From Torpedo marmorata (lineage: Eukaryota): a stretch of DNA of 64,000 bases. Below are positions 13,701-25,700 of this stretch, piece after piece (within the stretch, counting starts at the first letter, position 1; each line of letters opens with the position of its first letter). The notes beneath the pieces were generated by a model, which was not told where the DNA came from, made no database searches, and saw only the letters and a list, made by a program, of their open reading frames with translations. The position numbers and the translations under genes were made by a program. Location of the stretch: positions 23,126,001 to 23,190,000 of the forward strand of contig OZ360228.1 of assembly GCA_977017645.1 (NCBI GenBank), in the 5' to 3' direction.

Positions 13701-16700
13701 ATATAAACAGAAAATATACAATTTACAACTATATACAACATTATCGTTAAACTCTCCCTCCCTCCCCCAACTGAAAAAAAGAAAAAATATACAAAAGAAA
13801 AGAAAGAAAATGAAAAACTAAACGTACCGTCACTGATTACATTGATTTTTCAATCTTTTTGGAGGCGCCACACCGTTAAATATTTCTACGCTATATTGTA
13901 TTGTACCTTAGGGTTTGAATTACAACTGGACCCCAGTATACTCCAGGTATAGTTGCCACACCTTTACAAATGTATCGTGTCTATTTCTGAGGTTATATGT
14001 AATTTTCTCCATAGGAATACAGCTGTGCATTTCTGCTGACCACCAAGTGATTTGAAGGGGGGAGTCGGACTTCCAAGTAATTGCTATGCATTTTTTTGCT
14101 AAGGACAAAGCAACCAGCACAAATTAAATTTGGAATTTAGATCATTTGTATCTTATGTCCATTAAATTTCCAGAGATACAACTCCGGGTCCAGTGGAAAG
14201 GCCACCCCCGTAATTTTAGTTAGTATATTAGATATATGATACCAAAAGGGTCGTACCTTTGCACAGGGCCAAGTGGAGTGCAGGAAAGTTCCAATTTGCC
14301 CACCACATCTGAAACACAGTTCCGATATTTCGGATTTTCCCCTCCCCACTATTCTGCTCCACCATTCAATATGTCCATGGCTGATCCATGCTGGTCTCAA
14401 CTTCCCATCCAGGACACTGAACTCCTCAATCTTTCAAATATTTCCCCATTTCCCCTCAACTACATCCAGTGATCCAACGCTGCGGGCAGGGAGTGCCAAA
14501 GATTCACCCCCGCTGACAGAAGACATTTCCACACACCCCAGTTTAATTGGCAGGGCCCAACTTTTGCAATTCTCCCCTTGTTCACGACTCTCCCCCTGTT
14601 GGAAACATCTGCACACCTGCCTTGTGAGGGTCCTTCAGGATATCCATGGTTCGAGTAACATCACTCCTCATTGTTCTAAACCTCGAGTAACAGACCCAAC
14701 TGTTGTTTCAGGAATTAGCCTGGTGAATCAACCCTTGGCCTGCCTCTAATTCTCCAACGTGCCTTTTGTTTAGTAACGGGACCAGAACCGTGTGCCGTAT
14801 TCCACGTGTGGTCTCACCAACACCCTGTTGCCACTATGACACAACCTCCCAGTTTTACACCCGAACCCCTTTACAAGAAAGGCCAACAGTCAGTTTGCTG
14901 CCTTAACTACGTGTCGGCCTTCCCTACTAACTTGTAGTGCTTCACGCACTAGAACGGTTGGCGTAGCGCTGTTACAGCGCCCGTGTTGACTGTAAGGAGT
15001 TTGTACCTTCTCCCCGCACCTGCGTGGGTTTTCCCCGGGGGCTCCGGTTTCCTCCCACCATTCGAAACGTACCGGGGATGTAGGTTAATTGGGTGGCACC
15101 GGCTCGTGGGCCGAAACGGCCTGTTACTGTGCTGTATGTCTAAATATAAAATTTAAATAACATCGAGGTCCCTCAGAACTTCACCCATCAGCAGTCTCCT
15201 TCCATTGATATGATAACGTGGCATTTGATTTCTCACACAACTCTATTGGCCAGGATTTCTCCATGCTGCAGAATCACAAGGCCCCCGTTACCCTTCGTCT
15301 TCTCCTGCTGCTATCCCCAGTGCCTGTGGGCTCAATCCCCTCCTCCTATCGTGAGGAATCAGACCGCACAAAATCAATCATACCCAGCTCCGGGCCCATT
15401 CCCCACACTCCCAGCAGAGTCCCACCACAACCAGCCCCATTCCCCACTCTCCCAGCAGTCCCACCACACCCAGTCCCATTCCCCACACTCCCAGCAGAGT
15501 CCCACCACACCCAGCCCCATTCCCCACACTCCCAGCAGAGTCCCAACACACCCAGGCCCATTCCCCACACTCCCAGCAGTCCCACCACACCCAGTCCCAT
15601 TCCCCACACTCCCAGCAGAGTCCCACCACACCCAGCCCCATTCCCCACACTCCCAGCAGTCCCACCACACCCAGTCCCATTCCCCACACTCCCAGCAGAG
15701 TCCCACCACACCCAGCCCCATTCCCCACACTCCCAGCAGAGTCCCACCACACCCAGCCCCATTCCCCACACTCCCACCACACCCAGTCCCATTCCCCACA
15801 CTCCCAGCAGAGTCCCACTACACCCAGCCCCATTCCCCACACTCCCAGCAGAGTCCCACCACACCCAGCCCCATTCCCCACACTGCCAGCAGAGTCCCAC
15901 CACACCCAGCCCCATTCCCCACACTGCCAGCAGAGTCCCACCACACCCAGCCCCATTCCCCACACTCCCAGCAGAGTCCCACCATACCCAGCCCCATTCC
16001 CCACACTGCCAGCAGAGTCCCACCACACCCAGCCCCATTCCCCACACTGCCAGCAGAGTCCCACCACACCCAGCCCCATTCCCCACACTCCCAGCAGAAT
16101 CACAGGATGCTTTGATGTGAAATGCGTGTCTCTACCTCAGTATTCTGTGAGACAGATTGATCTGAAATGGAGGACTCAAACAGCAGTGCACATGAAGATT
16201 TATGACCACCATCCAATCAGCTGTGAGCTGCTGAGCCGGGACTGATGACCAGTTTTTAATGAGAATTATTTTTTGCCTCCGGAGCTTCGTGGGCTTATGC
16301 TGTAGCACTGGTAGGCCCGCTAACTCCTGGCTGCACTGAGAGGCAGTCCCTGGCCTTTGGTACAACTCGTATTGGAGCTCCCATTGCACACGTTTCCTAG
16401 TGCGACTCTCCACTCACCTCCGCATGGCTGCCCGGACTCAGAGTCTTGTTGCATCGCTCACATCGCAGGCAGGGGCGGTGCCAGTCCTTCCCCAGGGACG
16501 TCACTTTCTCGGCTGGAGGATAAACAAAAGGTGGTAGTGCACTCAGCCAATAGCTTCGACGTTCAGCCCTCTTCCCAAAGCAAGGTCCAAGAGGGACAAC
16601 AAAATTGCTGGAGGGATTCAACAGGTCAGTTAGCATCCAGGTGGCCTGTCAACCTTTCCTATCGGGACCCTTTATAGAGACAGACAAAAGGACATGACGC

Positions 16701-19700
16701 GAAACGTTGACCTGCCATCTCTCCCCATGGAAGAAGGTACAGGAGCATCGAAACCAGCAGTGCCAGGCTGGGGTGCAGCTTCTTCCCACAGGCTATGAGA
16801 CTGATGAACAGTTTCCTCTAACCGTAAAGTCATCTCAAATATTTATATATGTTTATTTTGATTATTCAAGATTCCAATATTCCTTTATTGTCATGTAATA
16901 GTACAGAACGTAATATTACACGAAACTGCCTTCTGCCTGCCGAAAGGTAAATAGTGACGCTCGGTGCCCCTAACAGTGAGAGAGAAAGAGAAGCAAAAGG
17001 GAGTCCATTCATAGTCACAAAGTGTCTATGGATTTGCCTCCTGCACTCCTCCAGCCTTTGCAGCTGCACAGACTCCTGTTCAATTCATCGGCAACCTGAG
17101 CTCCACATCCAACCCTCCCAGCAGTCCCCCCACAGCACCCGAGTCCCTTCTTGCCCTCCGCACCCTCTCAGATCCCGGCTCCGATACCTGGTTCTCATGA
17201 GCCAGCCTCCAGCAGCCCGCACCCCATGCGGGTCTCCCGAAGGCGTCCACAACGGCCTGTGTAGGGTCCCTCAGTCGCTCAGCCCCTCGCTGGTCCGTTG
17301 CTGTGGCTCGTCTCCTCTGCTTCTCCTTCTCAACACAGGATGTTCTCCCCGTTTCTGGTCCGTCTGCAACCCGGAGTCTGCAACCCCTCGTGGCCGTTCC
17401 CGAGCACAGGCGCCGCCATCTTGTGCAGAGATCTCCACGGTTGCTGTTTAATGCACTTACGGAGCCGCCGGCATTAGGACCCAGGCGGTTGAACCGTGCA
17501 GTGGTCTCCGTCTCTTCATCTCCCCCAACTTCTTCTTACCTGCACCCAGCCACCTCATGGCCCCTCCCTTGCATCCCCCTCCTTTTTTTCTCGATAAATC
17601 CCCTTCCTACTTCAGTCTCGATAAAGGGCCCCTACCCGAACCGTTGACTGACCGTTTCTCACAGATGCTGTCTGACATGCCGAGTCCCTTCAGTTACTCT
17701 TTGTTTGGGCGGGGGGACCTGCCTGGTTGAAGGGGGCGAGATCGTGAACACGTCGGATGTAGCACATCCTCTGACTCAGCTGTCCCCCACCCCCCGGGGA
17801 CAGAGTCCTCCACTCTCCAGCTAACATCATGGCTCGACAGCGAGGGAGATCGCCCCTGCAGCCGAGGAACTGCACTCACCGAAGTAGACCTTCTTCTCAC
17901 ACCTCGGGCATGCGTTGGGCTCCCCGGCAAACGTGGTCATACTTGAGGCTGGGGGGGGGGGGGAGGTGAGAGGAGGCTTGTTAGTCTCATCATCAGCTGA
18001 ACAGGCCACCCGGTACCCCAGTAACATGCAGGCATCGCACCCCTGAAGAAGCAAAAAATGTCAAATCTGCTCTGCTATCACGGAAAGGTTAAGGCTGGGA
18101 CGAGGCAGGTAAAGGGGGTGGCGGGCTACCCTCCAGGAGGGGGGTTGGCAGGGAGCCATCACTGCGGGAATGGGAAAGAGAGGGCTGGAAGATTTCAGGG
18201 CATTCCCACGCTGTTGGTCCTCCATAATTCCGTACGCCGGTGTTTAACCACCACCGGTGCCTGCCGTCCGTGGGCTTTGTGCTGGCAGGAATCTAAAACC
18301 AGAGGGAACAGCTAGCTGCAAGGCGAGAGGGAACGATTTGAAAAGTGATCCGAGGGGCTGGTTTTGACACAGAGGGTGGTGGGTATATGGAACGAGCTGC
18401 CAGAGGCAGTGGTCAAGTCAGCTGCAATTGTAATGTTCAAGACATTTGGATAAGAACGTGGATTGGAAAGACTTAGAGGTATGTAACCAAATGCAGGCAA
18501 ACAGGACTAAATGATGTTGGATTCTTGGTAGGCAGGGCCGAGCTGGGCTGAAGGGCCTGATTCTGTGCAGTACACCTCTACGAAATCATTTCTACTGACG
18601 AGTCCATCTCAGCTCAGGATGAGCCCATTCCCCCACTAATATGGTCTATAATCTATTCTCTCCACCCAGATTGATTTTTCGGGGGGGGGGTGGAGGTGGG
18701 GAGACTGAACACAGCTGGTATAGACTCGACAGGCTGAATGGCCTCTTTCCTTCTGCAACTATCATTCTCTCCACCCTCCCATCAGCTCCCCCCAGGTTTC
18801 TACGCCTACGTGTTCTTTGGGGCGGCACGGTTAGCATAGAGGTTAGCGCAACGCCTTTACAGGGCCAGCGATCGGGACCGGGGTTCGAATCCTGCACTGT
18901 CTGTAAGGAGTTTGTACGTTCTCCACGTGTCTGCATGGGTTTTCCCCGGGGGCTCCGGTTTCCTCCCACCGATAAAAACGTACCGGGGGGGTGAAGGTTA
19001 ATTCAGTGTAAATTGGGAAGCATGGGCTAGTGGGCCGGAATGGCCTGAGGTCGGGGTTGGACAAGTTCCCTGGAGCCGTAAGGGAACAGCCACGATGTGA
19101 GGCATCATGCTGCAAGTGAGACGGAGCAGGAGATGTGGAGGAGGCAGTCCTGTGGAACCGGGGCAATGAAGTGGAGGCTCTACTGCTGGCACATCTGGGG
19201 AAGAGGGCAGAGCAGGCCGGTGGGGTGTGGGTCAGTAGTGGGGTCAGGGGGGGGGGGGGGCGCCGGTCGGTCGTGTGGTGGGGGGCGCCGGTCGGTCGTG
19301 GGGTGGGGGAGCCGGTCGGTCGTGGGGTGGGGGCGCAGGTCGGTCGTGGGGTGGGGGCGCCGGTCGGTCGTGGGGTGGGGGCGCCGGTCGGTCGTGGGGT
19401 GGGGGCGCCGGTCGGTCGTGGGGTGGGGGCACCGGTCGGTCGTGGGGTCGGAGTGTTGGACTGTGTTAGGGTCACACCAGGCAGAGTTAGTTCGGAGGGA
19501 GGGGAGGGTTGACGATGGGGTGTTACAGTCGGAGTTGTTCCCCAGTGAAACCCATATCACGGGACTGAAGGAGAGGTCTCCGGACCGTGCCTGGGCTCCC
19601 ATTTCCTCGGACAGAGCTTGACCATCCCACCCCAAGCCCGAGGAGAGCAGGGGGTTGGCGACGGGGCTACTTACCTTTGTTGATGCCCCGGGAGGGGGCG

Positions 19701-22700
19701 GAAGGTCTCGGCGCGGGAGCCCTGACGGAGGGGTCTTCAGGAGTCGGGGCTGGCTGCGAGCTGGAGGCCGGCGGGGGCTGGTCGTAGATGTAGGAACCAA
19801 AGCCTCCGATGTTCACACCTGCAACAGGAGGCAGAGCTGTGGGTGGGGATGGGTGACCGTGCGGAGCTGGCTACCCCGCGGGGACACCGCACTCTGCACG
19901 GGGGCTGGGAGCAAGTCACCAAAGGAGGAGCAAGTAGGAGAGTTGCTCAGCTCAATGGGGTGGGAGAGGGTGAGGGGGGAGAGGGGGGAGAGGGGGGAGA
20001 GGGGGGGAGAGGGGGGGAGAGGGGGGGAGAGGGGGGGAGAGGGGGGGAGAGGGTGGAGAGGGGGGGAGAGGGGGGGAGAGGGTGGAGGGGGGAGAGGGTG
20101 GAGGGGGGGAGAGGGTGGAGGGGGGGAGAGGGTGGAGGGGGAGGAGAGGGTGGAGGGGGGGGAGAGGGTGGAGGGGGGGAGAGGGTGGAGGGGGGGAGAG
20201 GGTGGAGGGGGGAGAGGGTGGAGGGGGGGAGAGGGTGGAGGGGGGGAGAGGGTGGAGGGGGGGAGAGGGTGGAGGGGCGGAGAGGGTGGAGGGGCGGGAG
20301 AGGGTGGAGGGGGGGAGAGGGTGGAGGGGGGGAGAGGGTGGAGGGGGGGAGAGGGTGGAGGGGGGGAGAGGGTGGAGGGGGGGAGAGGGTGGAGNNNNNN
20401 NNNNNNNNNNNNNNNNNNNNNNNNNNNNNNNNNNNNNNNNNNNNNNNNNNNNNNNNNNNNNNNNNNNNNNNNNNNNNNNNNNNNNNNNNNNNNNGGAGGG
20501 GGCGAGAGGGTGGAGGGGGGGAGAGGGTGGAGGGGGGGAGAGGGTGGAGGGGGGGAGAGGGTGGAGGGGGGGAGAGGGTGGAGGGGGGGAGAGGGTGGAG
20601 GGGGGGAGAGGGTGGAGGGGGGGAGAGGGTGGAGGGGGGGAGAGGGTGGAGGGGGGGAGAGGGTGGAGGGGGGGAGAGGGTGGAGGGGGGGGGAAGAGGG
20701 TGGAGGGGGGGAGAGGGTGGAGGGGGGGAGAGGGTGGAAGGGGGGTGGAGGGTGGAGGGGGAGGGTCTGTTGGATGCCCCGGACCAGGCCAACAGTCGCT
20801 GGTGAACTCACACTCACCCTTCGGCCCAAACAAGGTGGCGTAACACGGCTTGTGACAGTAGGGCTTATCGTCGTGCTGCGGGAAGGACATTGTGTGAGCT
20901 GCTTACACCACTGGCCTCCCACCCCCTCCCTCTCCTGCCCACCCACCCCTGGCCCTTCCCTCCCACCATCGGCTACTCTGCCCTCCCCTTTCACGGCCGA
21001 CCTCTTCCCCTCTGAATGCCCCTTCACTCCACCCACCACCAGCCTTGTCTATCACACTCCTTTCGACCCCTCCCCTTCCCTCCCCATGACAAACCGCCTC
21101 TCCACCCCCTCACCCTGGCCCCACCCTCCCGTACACGGGCCCCACTCATCCGAAACCCGAGCAGAGGAATCTGGGGGAAGTTGATGGGATGCGAGAGACC
21201 ACCCTCACGACCCCCGCCAGCCGGGCTGGAAGCCACCATCCAACGAGAGTGGCCTCGTGCCTTAGGAGATCAGGTCGAGTGGGAGTCTGACCAGGGGTGG
21301 CGGTTGTCCCCCGTACCCGTCAGGCCGTGTTGTGACCCGGTGTGGAGGGGGCACTCACCGCTGCGTGGCTGCCAGGGGTCAGGATCTTGTTGCAGCGCTC
21401 ACACTTCAGACAACTTGTGCCAGTCCCTGCCTAGCGACGTCACCTTCTCGGCTGCAACAAGAAGAGTGCCAGTCACAGGCATTGCTTCAAAAATAAACCT
21501 TCGTCTTCAAAGTACATCGACAAACCACACAATCAGGACCTCTGTCTCCATGTCTATTGTGCTTTCAAACTAATGCTCAAGCCCAGCTTGCTGTGGCCCA
21601 GCCCCAACACAGCTGGCGGTGGTTCCAGCTGCTGCCTTCCCATCTCCACAGCTGGCGGGGGCGGGGTTTGCAGCTGTTGCCCACCCATCTCCACAGCTCA
21701 TTGACCAGCTGTTGCCCACCCCTCCACAGATGGCTGGGCTAGCTTCAGTTGTGACCCAACCCCAACTCCACAGATGTCTGGTCTTGTGCTCCGGATACGC
21801 CGATGCCACTCACAGTTTCCACTTTAATCAATACAAACGTGTGAGAGGACGTTACACAGGACGTGGTCTCTCAGTGGCAAGAACAGCTTTAGACTGCGGT
21901 CCTTCCTCACAGAGCCTTTACAGTGCCTGCTTAGTATATTCCTCGGCATATTGTCCTGCACTCTGGAACGTGTCAGTCAGCAACATTCATGGACGTCCCT
22001 TAACACCGGAAAACCAAGTCTTCCAGCAGACCAAGGACGAGTTGATGACCTTCCAGCAGCGGTTGGCGTTCATCGCTGGGAATGGTCTGAAGATGAGGTT
22101 TAGACTCCCCTACCCTGGGGACTGAGATTATTCACCTCATCTACATCCCCTGTGAGGTAATATACCCCGATAAGGTCACTCGACAGTCCCTTACAGTCCA
22201 GGAAGAAATGTCCCAGGTGACCAATCTCTCCAGTCCCAGCATTATCCTTGTGAATCCATTCCACCATGCTTCCGGATTAATGAGTGAAGTTGTGCTCCGT
22301 GTGCACCCACAGGGATGAGGGACTGCACTGAGAAGGCCACTGTCAGAAGGTCTCTGAAAGGGGCAGGGTTGCTTTCCATGCTCCCCCACCCCCCACCCCA
22401 ACTTTTGAGTTGGTGGGTGTCAATGGCAAAGCCGACACTCATTGGCCATTCCGAATGGCCCCACTCCCTTGGAATCCACTGGCCAGGGTGGGTCTGGAGT
22501 CACATAGATACCAGAACAGAAAAGGATAGATTTCCTCTCCTGAATGTCAGAATCATACAATCACAGCAGGCCCTTCGGCCCAACAAGTCCATGCCAACCA
22601 AGTTGGCGCTCCGGGCTAGTCCCATTTGTCTGCATTTGGTGCATATCCTTCTGAACCCTTCCCCTCCATAAATCTGTCCAAATGCCTTTGAGGTGTTGAG

Positions 22701-25700
22701 TAAGTGAGGGAGATGGGTTTGACTGCAATCCGCTGGATCCGCTCACTGTTACCAAGTGAAATTTCCGCCCAATCGACAGGGCGGCACGGTTGGCGTGGCG
22801 GTTAGTGCAACGCCTTTACAGCGCCAGCAATTGGGATTCGAATCCCGCGCTGTCTGTAAGGAGTTTGTACGTTCTCCCTGTGTCTGCGTGGGTTTTCCCC
22901 GGGGGCTCCGGTTTCCTCCCACCGTTCGAAACGTACCGGGGGTGTAAGTTAATTGGGCGGCACGGACTCGTGGGCCGAAATGGCCTGTTACCGTGCAGTA
23001 TGTCTAAATTTAAATTTAATTTTTTTTTTTTTAAATCTAAATTTAGAACTTAAATTCCACAGCTCCCTTGCTGGGATTTGAACTCGGGTCCCTGGATTGG
23101 TAACCCAGCACTCCCACCGGAACTATCGGATAGTCTCCCCAAGCTCGAGCCCCTGCCTGCTTCTGGAACTGGCAGCAAGGTAAATACACAATTGACGCAG
23201 AAGGATTTAGACACCAGCTGGACACGGGGGAGCAGCGGACCGGCGCAGGGCACCAGAAATGAGAACACCCCCCCCTCCCCGTTGAGAAGGAGAGGCATGG
23301 GAGAGACGACCCTACAGGAAGGTGTCCACAGCAGCAAACGAGCGAGGGGCTCAGCGGTCGAAGGACCCACACAGGCTGCCGGCTGTTGGCGACCGGATCA
23401 TGGGGACCAGGTATCGGAACCGGGATTCAAGAGGGTGCTGAGGGCATGTAGGGCTCCCGAAGGGCCTCGGGAGCTTAAGGATTCCTGATCGTATCGGAGG
23501 TTTAGATCTGGAGCTCGGTTGCCAATGGTTTGAACAGGAGGCTGTGCAGCTGCGGAGTGTTGGAGGCGAATCCACAGATACTTGGTCTCTCTGAAGGGAC
23601 TCTTCCTTGTTTCTCTATCTCCTATTGTGAGGGGCGCCAGGGCAATGCTCATGGTGACTCTGCCTTATGGTAGACAAAAGTTGAAGTGTCGCATGTATAT
23701 TACGTTTTTATGTCTTATTACGTGACAATAAAAGAACCTTGAACCGTGAATGAAGAGAGAAGGCCTGAGGGGTCGATCGACCTCCTCTGCTTACTAGGCC
23801 AGAGCTGCTGGTAGGGATGGCAGGTGCCAACCTGGGATGTTGCTCTGCTCCTGCTGGTCATCCCTTTTCCTGCTAATCCTCAGCATACACACTTCACGCC
23901 GCTCAGGTCTCACAGCGCGGGTGATGCAGCAACAGCCTCACATCCAGTCGTCTGCAGGGATGTGGTCACCAGAGAGACCTGTCTGCAGTTTCACCACCTG
24001 TCTACAGGTGTGGGGACCATCCCTGGATCCATGCCTGATCCAGCTTTTGGGACATGTTGGGGTACAAAGTGCGGGGAGAGACCTGCTCGTCCTGTGTACA
24101 ATAACCATATAACAATTACAGCACGGAAACAGGCCATTAGGCCCTTCTAGTCCGCACCGAACCAAACACTCCTCTCTAGTCCCACCTACCTGCACCCTGC
24201 CCATAACCCTCCACCTCCTTCTCATCCATATACCTGTCCAACTTTTTCTTAAATAATAAAATTGATTCTGCCGCCACTACTTCTCCCGGAAGCTCATTCC
24301 ACACCGCTACCACTCTCTGAGTAAAGAAGTTCCCCCTCATGTTACCTCTAAACCTCTGCCCCTTAACTCATGTCCTCTTGTTTCAATCTCTCCTACTCTT
24401 AACAGAAATAGTCTATCCACATCCACTCTGTCTATCCCTTTCATAATCTTAAATACCTCTATCAAATCCCCTCTCAACCTTCTACGCTCCAAAGAATAAA
24501 GACCTAATATGCTCAATCTCTCCTCGTACTCTAGATGCTTAAACCCAGGTAACATTCTGGTAAATCTTCTCTGCACTCTCTCCACTCTATTGATATCCTT
24601 CCTATAATTTGGCGACCAGAACTGCACACAGAACTCTAAATTAGGCCGCACCAAAGCCTTATATAATCTCAACATCACTTCCCAACTCCTATATTCTATG
24701 CAATGATTGATAAAGGCCAGCATACTAAAAGCCTTCTTCACCATCCTAGTCACATGAGTTTCTACCTTCAGGGAACGATGCACCGTTATTCCTAAATCTT
24801 TCTGCTCTTCTGTATTCATCAATGCTCTCCCATTTACTACGTATGTCCTGTTCTGATTCTTCTTACTTATCAGCATTAAACTCCATTTGCCATTTTCAGC
24901 CCACTTTTCTAAGCAGCCCAAATCCCTCTGCAATCCTTGAAACCTTCTTCATTATCCACTATTCCTGCTTCTTGAAGGCACAGACCAGGATACATCCTGC
25001 AATTGCAGACACCTTTACAGCCCCCAGGATGGCCGTGGTCCAAGCAGGGTAGGGGCCAGGACACTGAGAGCAGAGAGTGCACTAGAGACTGTGGACTCCC
25101 TGAGCTAGGACACCAAAGCTGGCGTCCAGGGGCACGTCCCAATGCTCAGACTCCAGAAACCTGTTCAGTGGGGTAAGAGGGGCAGGGACGGGGGTCAGGG
25201 ACCACCAGGATTTGGGACCCAGTTCTAAATTTCTTTCTTGAAAGTGGAGACGTGGGAGGAGGCTGTGAAGTTGCGACACGGGGTGTAGGGTTGGACACTT
25301 GCCAGCCTCAGCAATTTGCACCAACCTTCATTTAGAAACTCAGCCTCCGTGCCAGGATGTAATCTCTCACCGTCTAAACTAGCAGCAGACAAACGGCGCA
25401 GAAGGAAGTTCAGTCTCAACTCGGAAATAATGGCAGGAAATGCCTGGGGAAATCTGGAGCTCACTGCCCCGAGCTCCAATGTTCCTGGAACAACACTCGG
25501 GAGGCATGGGCTCCTCATCTCAGTGAGCAGAGAGGAGGAGAAGCTCAGCACCGTCACAACGGGGTCCCCTTCCCGTCCTTCCACCTGTCCCTGCAGCGCC
25601 CAGCCCGTGATTTCTGAGCCCCTGCTGGGGGGAAAACAGACCCTTTATTGTCGGCACTAGATCAGTTCCCCCCTCAGCCTCCCCTGTGGTGAAGACCCCT

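Noticed and set aside
22780-22860. tRNA-like A/B boxes
   Set aside because: These are the heads of tRNA-derived SINEs, not tRNA genes.
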